From: Raillietiella orientalis
Lineage: Eukaryota
Assembly: GCA_036172245.1 (NCBI GenBank)
Contig: JAYWIR010000037.1
Location: forward strand, 434,001-498,000
Direction of reading: 5' to 3'
Length of the DNA: 64,000 nt
Shown here: positions 12,601-27,356 of the stretch, piece after piece
How positions within the stretch are numbered: the first letter of the stretch is position 1
Layout of the letters: the number at the start of each line of letters is the position of its first letter
Notes under the pieces: generated by a model
Databases searched by the model: none
What the model was told of the DNA's origin: nothing
Seen by the model: the letters and a program-made list of their open reading frames with translations, nothing else
Program-made: the position numbers and the translations under genes

Positions 12601-15600
12601 CTGTATTTTCTACAGTGAAAAGCATTATTAGTACTACTACTACCCCGTTGTTAACAACAGCAATTCAACCTCCTAAATAAATGCACAAAAGGACATCTTA
12701 TTTCAGTTTCCAAATAAACATGGAAGAACAACGATGCCAGATTTCGAAAACACACACACACACACACAATTACAAATTAAAAGGAATCGCCGAAAAACAA
12801 TCAACATGTAACATTATCATTGAACGAAACACTTTTACGCTGTTTCAAAAAGCTATGATTGATGTGGGCATTTTCAGGTCCGCGTTCTTAAGACAGAGTA
12901 AACAACGAACAAATTGTGCCTCAACCATTCGAAGCCATCTAGCAAGCTATTCGAGACGAGACTCTTTACGCAAGTGCTAGAAAAAAAGCGACCTTCTCGT
13001 GGAGTGAATTGTGAAAATATGAATAAAACGCTTCAGAGTGAAACACTAAACAGAAAATAGGATGGCACATAAGAACGAAAGCTGGACGCTGCCCGTTAAG
13101 AATGACACCGCTGAAACAGACGAACAGGCAAACAACTTGCAAGCAAATACCACCGACATTCACAGGCAGGAAGAAGCTGACAGTCTTAATGCTCATCCAT
13201 CGACGAACCCCTCCGTATCACCCTATGATGTGAAACACTTCATTAAAGGAACACTTCATTAAAAGTACGTCACTTACGTCCACTGATTTATGTTAGCGAA
13301 TTTACAAAGTAAGGCGACCACTCGGTGGGCACCTCAAAGGAATGGGAAAATCAAGAGGAAGGAAACGAAAACCGTCCAACGACACGAATGAAGGAACACT
13401 ATTCGAAGGAACGTGTACTTCCATCACATGGCCGTTTTAAAAACACTGGAGATCCACCAGGATGTGATTACTCGAAACACACGGCTTAGGTATTATTCCG
13501 AGGATCATCTTTTGGTGTGACGACTCGTGCTATGTGGAGTAACTGCTTTACTGGCATTGCTTGAAAATTCGAGTTCACTAAATTACAGAAGTTGCAAACA
13601 AAGTTCGAAACAAACCAGATAGGAAACATCCAGGGAGGAAAAGCAATTTGAGAATGCTTTTCATTAAGATATCTTCCGGAAGAGGCATTCGGAGAATGTG
13701 AAGGAAACGACCATCCAAAGGCACGAAAAGGCACGTATGCAGCTTAAGCTGGCACCAGGAATGTTGTTCTGAATCGGGTGTTGCGATCGGCGTTGTAAGT
13801 CTTGACGAGATTGCAATCTTGTCTCAAGTTCACCGAGATAAAATTTCCAACACCAGAAACCGACTGCCATTACGTCGACTGTTTCGGAGGACAAATGCAA
13901 AAAGTGCCTTCACTTATTTGACGTTCATATGTTTCAAGAACTAGCGGGGATCAGAATTGTAAGTAAGCAGCAAGAAATCAATTCATTTCCACAGTACTGC
14001 TATTCGCTTGCGCCAGTACAGACCCAGGATTGCATCTCGATGCGATTCACTTCATCTGGACCGATGTGAAGAACTAGTTTTGCATCACAACGCTATGGAT
14101 TTCACGCCAAAGGCTGGTGAAACTCCTTACGATAAAGCTGAGGTTACTCAAGTCAGAAACTGCTTAAAGTTACCATCGTTAAAACCAAGTTTTAACGGAT
14201 TCAATCGAAAGAATCTTCCACTTGGCTTCAATGTTTTCAATTAACAAAGCCAAGGAAGTAAGCACATATTGAAATATTTTGATTTTTTTTTTTGAAAAAA
14301 AAAAAAAAAAAAATACGGTGATAAATCAAAGGTGTTTGAGAGTAAAGGGGGGGGGGGGAGGGGAAATCTTTGAGGCATTGCATCGTAGCAATGAGTAAAA
14401 ACATAAGTAATCTTAAATAAATATAAGCTGCAAAAGAAATTTACTCCTTTAAACATTTCACAAATGCTCAGCTGCTGATCAGATGTCGTTTTGTCGTGTC
14501 GCTATTGGAAAATCCACGAAACTTTTCACAGCAGCACCACAGCCTAAATTTTCTTCAATGTGGCAGTTGTTAAACACATGCTGAAATGCACAAACCGAGT
14601 GCCGTCTCCCACTGTCAAAGTTACGGTTTGAAAAAAGACTGGAAGGATGCAAACACTGTACCAAAATCTACCTTCCTTTCCTGCTTGAGTTCTGAATCCC
14701 AAACACACAACAACAAGGGCTTCGGTTTGCGAATTGGTAGTTAACACCTAAGGAAACTTCCCTGCACTTTTCAACGCGGTCTTTCGTGTCTTTTACGACC
14801 TTTAGCAAGAGGAGCACATGGCTCGGGAGCACAAATGAATGCCTTTCGCTGCTCAGAACTCGCTAACGACTCCGATGCTCCACCGTGTGTTCCGAAAAAA
14901 AATCCAGAGAGATCCACAACAACGGTTTCATCTCGCACCAAGATCACAAGTGTCATCAGAACTTTTTGTCACACGGTGCATATACGGTAACGGCAGCATT
15001 TGAGGGCTCTCTTTCTCACCAACTGGAAAGTCATTTTTTCTTTTCTCGTTTGTGAAACTGTGAATTCTTTTCGTCTGAAACAGAAGAAGGCTCCTTGCAT
15101 ATACGAGTAGATACTGTTCCTCTATTAATGACACTTGGCATCCATTCTCGTCGCAAAACTTAAAGTGTTAAAATCATCACAGGATCCAAAACCATATTCA
15201 GTCTCCGAAAAGGATTTTTTCTCCTTTTTTTTTTTTTTTTTTTCATGTTTGCTAAAAATTCGTAACGTAATAATAGCTTTGTAATAGCTAACTCGATGTA
15301 CACCTTCTACGACTATGCGTTCCTTTTCTCTCTCTGTCTCTCCGAAAACAATTGACGAATATTTCGAGCCACAATGTGAATAAATGTGAATAAACGAACA
15401 TTTATATCGACACTGTTTAATTTATCAATCGTTTACCTTTTCCTTGTATGCAAAGCAGAAAGATGAAAGAAACACAGACTTATCGTATACCGAATGATTG
15501 CAAGCATTTGCCACGTTTTCTCTTCGTCCACTCTGCCTTCGTTCTTCATTTGCGAGACTGCAAATCCTCCCTTTAATTTCCGTCGACGCAGAAAAAAGTG

Positions 15601-17943
15601 CTCTTTGACAGCAGAAGCGGTTTGTTTGAATGTGTTTTGTGCAGATATTACTCGGAGAGGTTTCCTGTGGAATAAATAGAAGAGAATCGCAAGTGCATCC
15701 AACAACAACAACAACAAAAAAAAAAAAAATCTGGTTTTTCTTGAAAATGAAAATACTTTATGATTTGACTCTGAGAAGAAAGAAAGGAAGAAGAAAAAAA
15801 AAAAAAAAGAGTAACTCGTATTATCTTCTCAATGTGTAACTGTATGTAACTGATGCCACTGAATCGTCAGCCCACTGGGCAAAGAACGGAAGGTGATTTC
15901 GATTACACTCATCGAAAGCTCTTGAAATCAGTCACTGCGTGTCCTCAATACTTTGAATACCAACTGAGGAAGGAGGAAAATGAATTCCATCGAAATAAAA
16001 ATCGTAAATGTGAAAAATCCAGATTTCGAACATATGCCAAGCTTATGACGTATTGCATTTGTTTCAGTCGAGGGAACATCCAGCACGAAGATGGTGTATT
16101 TAGAATGGAATTTCGAAAGAATTGCATAAGACTGTACTTAGATGTGAGCATCGAGTTATCCTTAGTGAGCAGAGGCAGTACAAACATGATGAGCATTCAA
16201 GATGAACAGCTTACGGAAACAGAAACAATCTCACCGGTCGAACCAAAAGCTTGTGAGGCGAATGTAGCATTTACGAGATCTCTGACACTGTAAATGTTTG
16301 ATTCGAGATGAAAAACTGCGGAATCCGGATTTTTAAATCGGGCTGTTGAAAAGCTGGTCCACAGTTGCCAGAAAAAAAAAAAAAAAAAAAAAAAAAAACA
16401 GTCCCAATCGTAGATTTTCAAAAGAGTACTTTAGACCTTTGAAAAGCAGACGTGAGGTAAACATCGCAAAATTAAGAGATTTTCGTTGACCAACAGGCAA
16501 ATGGAAACACGATTGGTAAACATCATGATCCTCTATCACAATAACCATATTGTACTTTCTTCTCCACAAATCTTGCGAACGGCAAAGCACCAGGTTCAAA
16601 GTTCTAGTACAGAATGGACTCGAATTATAGAATGGTGTACCATGAAAAGCCGCTCGAAAGTTCCACTTTGGTTTTCGCTTTACTGCTTTTTCGCCTCCAT
16701 TACACACTTTGGTGTGAGGACGGATTCGAAAAAGCAAAGAGACACCTATATAATGGGGAAACGAATTCGGGGCTCGGAGGAGCAGCAGGCTGCTCCTTTA
16801 GGAGTCACGGTCGAAGGTAAGCCAGACCTCGGCAGCTCGAAGAGGATCGCTCAATATGGAAAAAAACGTGGGAACCTCTGATCCAAGAACGTGAAATTAA
16901 AAAGCCCGGTGGACCCGAATTTTTAACGAAAACAGTTTCTTTCTTAATTTGAAAGTTGGTTTGTGTATGTGTGTGTTTTTATACATCATAAATCAATCGA
17001 TACCAGACTTGCAATCACGATCTCTTTGATCATTTAGTGGTACTGTGGACCAGGAAAAAAAAAAAAAAAAAAAAACTTGATTGCTCCCTAAAGGAAAGAG
17101 TTTTCGATATCAGCTTTTGGATGTTCGAAAAGGCTTCAAATATGCAAAATCAGTTGGCTGTTTGAGTTCGAATGCAGAAGCTGACGAGGAATTTCCACAT
17201 CCATTCTTCTGGACTGGAGAAACACAACCTTATCTTTGAAAATGATTGGATTGAAAAACCACGCAAAATTTCAGGTTGTTTCAAATGCTTCCCTTCGGTT
17301 ATTTGATTCATACAGATAAACACAGACATACGTTTCACTTGATGAAATCCTGCAGATGATCTTTTCCTTCTTAGTTTGCATTGGGAATCAAAATCCGTTG
17401 ATGTCTGAATCACAGAGATGTTTGAAATGTTTACACAGTGTGCCATCTGCCATTCTATTCTTTCTACTGAATTGAGAAAATAAAAAAACATTGGATGTTA
17501 AAACATTGATGCTTTGGCTTTAGTCGAGAAATGGAGTAAAAAAAACAAAAACAAAAACAAATGGTCACTTCAGTAGAAAATGGATTCTTCTATCTCGTGA
17601 AATTGTTTATGGCGACAGTAGTCTCCGCTCGAATCTTAGAGCGAAACTTCAATGGCTCTATCGTGCACTATTCTGCCAGTTTTCTGGGTATCCAGTTTTT
17701 TTTTTTTTTTTCCCGTTCACAAATCACGAAAAGTTGGAACGAGATGAATCAGTGCAGTAATCTCTGATGCTAGGCACTATCGTGAGACTGATTTCCGCAT
17801 TCCGTTCATTATGCAGTCGGGCAAAAACATATCGGAAAATTTTCTCCAGCCCTGTCCTGAATTCAGCGTACATGGACATACCTGTATTTCCTGCATTTTA
17901 AGACAGGCAGCTGGGAAGCAGCAGCTCCCACACATGAAGGAAG

Positions 17944-17982
<39 letters not shown>

Positions 17983-20900
17983 AAGAAAGAAAGAAGATTC
18001 ACCCCACCCCACCGCCCACCGTATGAACGAGCTGCAACGAGAGAGCTGTTAAGGACTGAAAACGTTCACACACCTAATGGTCAGCTTACTTCGAAGGTCG
18101 GCAAAGGTCTCCGGTACTCGAAATTTTTCGTACTCGTGTAAGATGTACGTGCGCACCCACCTGACCAACACGCTCACACTTTGCGTCGTCGTTTCCCGGT
18201 CAATTGAGCAGGGAATCGCAATTCCCTTCCTTCCTGGTCAACACGGTGGATGCACAACTTTGTGGAATCAGTGGAGAACACGAGTGCGGAACAAAATGCA
18301 ATGCTCTCAAGGTTTTAAGCAAACACGGAGTGTACTCTGCTTTGTGGGTGAAGCACCGGGAAGCGAAGAACAAATGCGGAAGATCGAAACAGCTCTCGGT
18401 TTCTGGACAAAATATAACTAGGCAGTTATCATCATAATGAATACAGGAGATTACAGTAAGTAAAACAATGAAATATGGATGCTTGTAAGAGGATTCGGAT
18501 AGAAGAGATCCTCTGCTTCAATTATTCATGATAGATAATCTCCCGGAAAAGACTACATTGATTTTCAAAGCAAACTACGATATGCGAGATGTCCTTAAAT
18601 ACCAAGGGATGCTTTTCGAAGCGAACTGTAATCTACCTTCATAATTCAATGGAATCCGAAATTTTTACAGACTAATAAAAAACACCTCTCAAGAGTTTTT
18701 TTTTTTTTTTTTTTGGAGGGGGGGGGGGGGAATATATAACAAAATACTTCTCTGAAAACTGTGTGCGTAAGACTAGGAGCTTGTCACACGAAAAAACAAC
18801 AACTTTTGCTCACTCTTGTTCGAAAATTAGAAAACGCAAACGGATTGTACACAATAATTAACGGTTGGAACGTATTAACCTACATAAAAAGAAAGGATGT
18901 GCAGGAGGGATTCGATGGTGGGATTGATGACAATACGCTTGGAGAAACCAATGATGTATGATGGCAGAGAACAAAAAGACATCACTGGTAAGTGAGCATG
19001 TGAGAATAAGTCCAAAAAAAGATATGCAAGACGTTTTACACGCCTTGCTTGCGGCTTTACCCAAACGTAATGAACTGCTTAACTAATTCATGAGGTAAAT
19101 ACCGCACGAAAATAGCTAGGAACATGGGCCTACTTCATAATGCTTCGTCATGTAATTCCACGAGCACTCAATTCAAGAGATTCCTTGAAACAGTTCGAAA
19201 GGCTACGTTTAAAACAAGGATGCAAACTTGGAGAATTACCTAGAGAACAAACTAAGAATCGAGTATTGCCTTCACCCAAAGTACCATGATTGAAACGCAA
19301 CCGAAATACCAGGCGAAACCACGAGGAGAAATTCAATCGCCATTTGCAATAATGCAACAATCAATAAGTATTGGGAAACAAACATATAAAGCGCCATTTA
19401 GTAGTGTTTTTTTTTTTTTTAAAAACAAAAAAACAAAAAAAGTCTCCTCCGAATAAATTGCCTGCAAATATTTTTGCAGCCAAAGTGTATTTTCCTACAT
19501 GTGTGGATACATGAGAATATAAAATGTAAAGAGTATGCAAGGTGCAAAAGGTATGCAATACTTTACATACATGTCAAACGGACAGCTCTTCCAACACTCT
19601 CAGCCTTTCTACAAGTAAATCTGCATAGAACGATCCTTGAAATGCCTAAAACCCACTAAATCCGAATAGACCGCGGAGTTACGAATTTCAGGGAGAAAAT
19701 TCTGGAATGATTCAGCGAATTGTGAGTTGGAAATTCTAGAAAAGAATTCGTTCGCTGAAAAAAAAAAAAAAAAAAAAAAATTAGACCATTACATTCCGAT
19801 GAATGGAAACAGTGTGACATTATCCATCAAGACAAATGAAACTGCGATAAATTTGAAAATGAATGCAAAATACCCGAAATGTTTGGGAACAAGCAGAAAC
19901 CCATAAATAATCAACTAATTCATGACGAGATTCTATGACTTGGGAGCAAAATTTCGCATCTGATTTTTTTCAAAGTGTATTCCCAAGAAAGTGACATCAA
20001 CGGTCATTGCGAATTCCTTTTTACAAAAGCGCCCTTTGTATCTCAACTACAGATTTGTTCGTTTCTCTTTTTTCTTTTTTTTAATCTCTTTAAACGTATT
20101 CCGGACTGTGATCCACGGATATCAGCATCCACTTATAAGGTGTAACTTTTGATAATTTAGAGTTTCTTTTTTTTTTTCTTCCCCCCCCCCCCCCAGTCAA
20201 GTCACGATTGAAGTCATGTCGAATCGGATACTTCCGAGGTACAGATCAATGAGGAAGATTCTTTACTGCTTGTCTCTGAACTTCACACGAGTGTATGTTG
20301 TATTTTATTTTTATTTTTTTTCACATTTCACTTGTTTGTCTTTTACTCGCGCGTCGGAAGCAAAGCACCTCTATTCACAACTCTTCGTCATCGAGAAAGG
20401 GGAAAAAAACGAAATGATTCCGCAGTCACTCATAAGCCCATTCCTGTGCTACGGAAGCAAAGAGTCTGTTCTGGAAGCATCCCGGGGATGAAGAGAGCAC
20501 TATTTTTTTCCTTTTTTCTTTTTTGGCGAAACCAAACGCAAGAGTTGTCGCTCTTAAAAGCCATTGGTATGAAATGCTCGTGAGTTTGGACGAATAGGAC
20601 TTAATTCCAGTGCCTCCTTTTGTGAAACAAAATTGCTAATCTTTGACTCTCCTGAGAATGCTCCCATGTTGTTTGTGAAATCATGCACGCACACAGGGCA
20701 GCCTCCCGACGAATGATTTATGAGTTTACGGAAATACGCATCATTCATCACTTCACTACTGTGCCCTCCCCTTTATTTGAACTATTTTGTGATTTTAGAA
20801 CTGACCGGGACGCTGAACGCTGGATTCACATTTTCTCTCTTCCCCCCCCCCCCCCCCCCCTTCCTTAAAACCCTCAGCGTTCGTACCAATCATTTCATTT

Positions 20901-22201
20901 GAAATTACTTTCGAAACTTTGGTTCGAAATTATTTTCTATTTCTATTCATACATCCCTCATTTCGAATCACTCCGCTGGAGTGTGAAAAAAAAGATTCGT
21001 CATTTTTTTTTTTTTTTTTCTCCCCCCCTTGCAAATTCCTGGACGAGATACAAAAATCGGGATTCCGTCCTTCGATAACTTTGATCCCTTTGATAATCTT
21101 CGTTCCGAGGAAATCGGAATGATCAAATCTTGGAAACTGCGGCCGCTTCTGCCATTTCACGAAAATAAATGACGTGTCAGCACAGACTGTGAAAACGGCA
21201 AACCACGATGGACCACTGGCAATTCGGTGACAAGCAGTGGTGTGCTGCCGCTGTGTCAGCTCGGCACACACGCCCGATCGAAATCGAAATTTCTACACGT
21301 AAAGATGTGCACGTTTGCAGCTTTACACCACCCACTTACGTCACTTTAAATAAATCCACGCAAGCTTAAAAGTGTTGGCAATTTATGGAATGTGACAGAT
21401 TACAATGGAACTTATTGCGTTAATGGTTTTTAAGATTAAAGGAATCACGCAATGACAAATGGGATTACATTACATTGTTTCCATAATCTTGTCAGATCAT
21501 TTAACACAACAGCGTGGATGAGTAGCCGCTACACGGCACACGTGATCGAGCAGCGGCACATAAAGGGGAAAGGCGGATTCTGCAAAGGCTGCAGAGGCTG
21601 GCAGCCCGAGATCGAAACGTTTCCACACGTAAACAAGCTTCGAACCGCTTACATTCGTGTGCGCGTACACGTATGTGTACACAGGCAAGACTGGATGAAC
21701 ACAGGCATGAACGTTCAAAAGATTTTCAAAAGTCTTTAGAGGAAGAAGAAGAAAAAACTCGAATCACAGATGTGTTCATCCGAATTAAAACATCACATCT
21801 TAAAACGGCAGCCTCCTTAACAACAGGACAATGCATCTTACGGAAGCACTCTCCAACTTTGGATGTTATGCCCTGCAAAGTCACCAACGTGCATACCCAC
21901 ATTTCCGAAGCACGAAATCATCACGATGATGACGATGACGGCTGGGTTTGCGCAGCGGCCCTATATACATCCCTTACAATTGAAAAGTGAATGGGAACTT
22001 TTTGAAATCATCACGATCCTGAATGAAGTATTCCCATGTGAACAAAAATTTCATACCACACATTGAATTCAAAAGGAAAAAAACAATTTCAAATCACCTC
22101 GAGCGTGCCTTACATTCTATCGGATACTCGTTCGAGATTCTTTTCGGCTGCTAAAGTCGTCGTCCTTTTCGTGTTTTTTTTTTTTTTTTTTTTTTTTTAC
22201 C

Positions 22202-22233
<32 letters not shown>

Positions 22234-23563
22234 TAGCTAAAGAGGATATTTTTCCGAAACAGTAATTGTACATTTTTCATGCTTCCAAATATGTTTTATA
22301 TGTACATACGTACACACACATCTTTCACGTGCGAAGAAAAAAAAAGAAAAAGAAAAAAAGGTAATCACAACTGACCACATCGCAAACAAACAAGAAGGCC
22401 ACGAAGAAAACTCGAGAGGGAGCTTCAGCTTCACACTCTTACGAGTTTGAAAATCAAAGTTCACAGTGTTGATGATTCCTGTCGTTTTTCAAAACCAGAC
22501 CCGATGGAGGTTTTAAATTTAAAAATATGAATTCCCGAAACGGATATTCCCGGTCTTCAACACATGAGAGGGAAAAAAGCAACCTCGGTGGAAGAAGAAG
22601 AAGAAGAAGAAGAAGAAGGAGGAGGAGGAGGCGGAGGAGGAGGCGGAAAGAAAAAAAAAAATACTGTTTTCAATGAGCAATATTAGCAAAGCACAATGAC
22701 CTCTGGGCCTCCGGCAAAATCTCACTCGTGTTTGCAGAAAATATGCTATTCAAACGGAAAAATAAAGCCAAAAGCTTGTATTTGAGGAGTCTCAAACTGC
22801 AGATACAGAGGACACGGCTGTGCAGGAAGACTTTTTTCTTCTCAAACTACGAGTAGCATGTAATAATTACGAACATAATTAAAAAGGCGATTTCGAACAT
22901 ATTTTAAAATTCTTTTCAGAAGGTCAAGTGACTTCGTGGAAAAATCCCTGAAAACAAAGCTGGCCTAGAAAACTTGTAAAAGCGTCTTAAAGTTTTCTCA
23001 AAGTCTAAATTCTTGACAATAACGAAGGAAGAGGAGGAACAAAAAAAAAAAAAAAAAAAAAAAAGGAGAAGAAAAGAAAAGGACAGACGCTAAGCTCGTA
23101 ATTACTTTACTAAATTCATAAACAAACAACCAATCATCAGTCTGCAGTAAGAGTAGTCATGAATTTGAATTTTTATGGTCGGAATTTCGGAAGTCTGTAT
23201 GTGGGAAGGAAGAGTTGCACACGCACTGCTGCTGCTGCTGCTGCTGCTGCACGTCCGACGGGAACAAAAAACCATGGGCACCGTTTCTACGAAACCAATG
23301 AACCCCACGGAAGATGAAGAAACGCCACAGAAACTCGGTTCAGCCTTCGGTGACTTACATTTTCGTATTTGAAATGCACACAGTTTTTTTTCATGCAGAA
23401 AGTAAAGCAAAGTAATGGCTTGCTAAAACATACTATTATGCATTAATGAATTGCAAGTGTTTTTGCCCATACCGTTTCCATGTCACATATTTTAGAATCA
23501 TCCGATCTCTAGTCCCCTGGACCAACAAGCTACAAGTCAGGACCTTTATTCTTTCCTTCTTCC

Positions 23564-23611
<48 letters not shown>

Positions 23612-25027
23612 TTAAAAAAAGAAAAAAAAAAGAAAAAAAAAAATTCGATGCTATTCCAATTACTCGTGAGATGGAATGCTTTACTTTAGAGTTGACCTAT
23701 AATCCTTTTTAATAGCCTCGGGATTTCCCGCTTCTTCTTCGGTGCAGATGCAGATGCACACAACAAGGCACTCATAAACAACTTTTCCTTCACGTATTTA
23801 ACATCCGCTTTGGACGATTCATCTTTGATGAGAAACCACACTTTAAGCACCGCGCGATGAAGAAGAAAAGGAAAAAAGGAGAACACGAAGTACCGTACAA
23901 TGTAATACATTTTCATATTTAAAAACAAAGATGGCATTCTCACTTGGCCGTTTGATCGGAACCGTTGTGATCATTCGTGGTGTTACCAAACGGTTGCGAG
24001 GAAACGAAATTACGTTCGTTCAGAGGGGGAGCAGCCTGAAATGAGTGGTACAACCGAAGGAAAAAATCCCACGTACGGAACTTACTGTACTTTCGTTGCT
24101 TTGTTCCGTGAGAAATTGCTGCAAACAAATAGCAAAGTGGCTGCAAGTAACGAGCACGTGTCGAAAACATCAACATCTTTACATTCACCGAGTACAGTCT
24201 GGACAATTCGAAAACTCATACACAAGAATCATCAAAATGCATGCATTACCAGTCATTTTCTCGTGTTCGTTAATGACCACAGTCAGCAGAATTTGATGTT
24301 TGCGTGTTTTCTCAAAGATGTTCTCTTCGTAGCTCCAACTGTTTTTCCATTCATTGATGTAAGAAGGCGGATGGCACCAATGCCTTGAAAGCACTCAAAT
24401 TACAGAGCATGAGAAGCCCCCACAAACCATAGCACTCGGTTTTTTCACCTGCAACCGCCACACTAACTTTCCAGTGGTCATTTAGACGGTAGACGGAACG
24501 CCGTACGGAAAGATTTCTGCGCAAGGGATTTGCGCATGTCATTCCGTGAGCCAATCAATATCGGAATTTGCGGACAGCACAGACAAACGCGAAAGTTTTG
24601 TTCACAATACGCGCAGTAATGCTGCTAAGGTTGTTGTACGTGGGAAAAGGAATGTAATTGAATCTCCGAGGAAAAAAGGGGAAAAAAAACACACACGTAC
24701 ACGTACACGTACACGTACGAAATATCCTATGCATATACCGTGACGGTGCGAATTCGGTTCTTGGCGTGCGTTTTTGCTTTATACAGGCGTTCGGGCTGCA
24801 TCACTTTGTTCATGTTGAGCTTTGTGTGTGTGAACATCGTAATGCAGGCTTTCGTGATGTTTTCCTTGCTGACGAGGAAGAATGCAAAATTCACAAAGTG
24901 CAGTGGGGGGGGGGGGGGGGGGCGAAGGAGGGAAAGTAAATAACGAAAGTCGAGCTCGGGAATTCTCCAGAGTGCTCAAATTTAGAACGAGTTTGTTCAA
25001 AGGATGTAAAAATAGTTTCGAAACACA

Positions 25028-25067
<40 letters not shown>

Positions 25068-26164
25068 TTGATTCTATGTATGTCGCCCAACGACGAGCTG
25101 GTTGATGTCGTGATTCTCCATGAATCGGGCACACACATACCAGCTTCCCCCCTCCCTTCTAAATCTCTTTGGGTTCAGGCTCCGAACCCGAATTTCTCAG
25201 TTCGTTATCTCTCACTCTCCAACTTTGCCAGGCATATCTGAAATCGGAAAGAAAAGCTTTCAGAAACGTTTACGTGGAATGCTCGTAAGAGCGCCTAACC
25301 GCAACGGCTCTCTTCCATACGGAAAGATGCTGCTTTGCCATGCACTTGGTTTCATCTCAGCTTCCTGCCTGTAGGAGGCTGCGCGTTCTTGATGATCGGG
25401 AGCAGACCAACACGCTCCTTTCCATCAAGGTTCCAGGGATCTTGTACTCTCTTGAGCAGCTATCCGCATTCAGCAGTCAGTTGTGATCGTACACTTGCTC
25501 ATGGACATGCATGTAACAGAGCGTTGAATTAAAAAAGGAATTTCGTACGTAATTTCCTTCGAGTTGTGCACAAGATGTTGTTGGCGAGATGTTTTTGAAC
25601 TGTGTCTTGGCAGCTCGTCGCTGTACGACCGCTTCGGGCGTACGCGATCCGAGATGCTCTGCGAATCAAAATGGCATGTACACACGTATTGAGGCAAAGA
25701 AACGAAAAAGAATAAAATGAAATGAGCTCGATAAGACAAACGTCATGGATCCGTGTCGATGAAACCGATTTGATTCAGGTACTCTTCTTCTTGCATTTGC
25801 AAAAGTGGATTCGTTCTATCGCTGCTGAATTCATCTCCTCTCATTGCTGTGACAGCACCTGAAAATGGCATGTTGAGGAAGAGCAGCAGTCACAGCGATG
25901 CAAATCGAAAATTTTTCCCCTCGAGCCCATCAGGATCGCTCGTTATCGTATACCAGAAGACTCCTATGTATCTTTGAAACAATCCATAGGTACGAAGTGT
26001 TTGAAAACGTGTAAAGTGAAACTGTGCCTTTCAAGTCTTCCGTGTGCACTCTCGTCGGTCTTCCAATAAACTCACGGAACCTGAGAGTGTTCTTCCTTCG
26101 CAGTTAGATGGTTCGGGTGCACGATGTATCGAAATGCCCACATTCTGTTAAAGAAAAGCGAAGC

Positions 26165-26195
<31 letters not shown>

Positions 26196-27299
26196 AAACC
26201 CGAAGTAGAACTGCTCCGTCTTAGGTCAAGATGGACCTCCCTTGCACATGCCTGTCTTTTTATCTGTTGTTCTTCCTTCTTTTCTTTTCCTTTTGAATCG
26301 AACACTTCTCGACGAATCACCTGTAATAAAGCTGTTCAATCGTATCGTATGGCTTTCGAGTGCTACATGAATTCTTCTTCGTGTTGTGCAATGTGTGTTC
26401 AACTGCGCTGATGCAAGAGAACTGTATTTCAGCGGCACCCGCAATCATTACGTTCATCTCTGCGAACGATCCATAAGTTTCTCAACGAAATCGTTGGCTC
26501 TGCCCCATTAAAAACATGGGAATAGAAACTTCAGTGTTTTCTGATTTCTGGTTTCCCACAGCGGTGGCCACAACCAGTTTTCAAAACGCCATTCCAAGTG
26601 AAAACTTGAAACGTTCCCTCGAACGTGATGTAAATCAAATGAAAAGCCCGTGTTGCCGCGGTTTGCTACAAAAAATTCAAAAAGACTTATTTTCGAATGT
26701 ATGGCTTGGACGAGATAAAGTGCCGTAATCAACTGGAAAGATTCACTTCCTATCATCGATTTCTGTTTGCTATATTTCATGTTAATTTATTCACTGCCAA
26801 AGCTTAGCATTTGCATAAAATTCTTGCTCCGAGTCTTCTCGCTGATTACTGTGCTGCAAAAGGAAATGTTTAGTTTATTGCTGAATTTATCCAGCATGCG
26901 ACAGGCAATCCATATGAAAACGAAGTTTTTATTGGATTTGAAAGCCGAAACGTCGAGACTCGACCTTTAATTTCAAAACTGAATCCGAGTGGTTCGACTT
27001 CCGTGTATGATTGTTCGTGTTCGATGGTGACTGTTTCAATATTCAACGTGCCGAGCATCCTTTGCATGATGTGTGCGTCTCTGTTCTGTGAAATGCGTGT
27101 GGTGCCGATGGAAACGTGTTGTACTGGCTGAGTTTCCTTCCCTCCCTTTATTCTTCAGGCCAGTCGGATGGTACAGCGGAAGAGTGCGCCCATTACCATT
27201 CCTGATCCTTCGGCATAGCCGGTTAACTCTTCCGCCGGTGTCCTTGCCGATGCCTTCTCCAGCAGAGACAAATAATTCTTCAGCACGTGCTCATGCATT

Positions 27300-27302
<3 letters not shown>

Positions 27303-27355
<53 letters not shown>
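27303..27355. repeat. (AC)n microsatellite
   Basis: Uninterrupted AC dinucleotide run of about 26 units. Other microsatellites: (AC)n ~25032-25060, (GAA)n(GGA)n ~22590-22645, (CTG)n ~23225-23249, (CT)n ~23565-23602, (ACACGT)n ~24693-24717. Confidence 0.95.
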
Positions 27356-27356
<1 letters not shown>
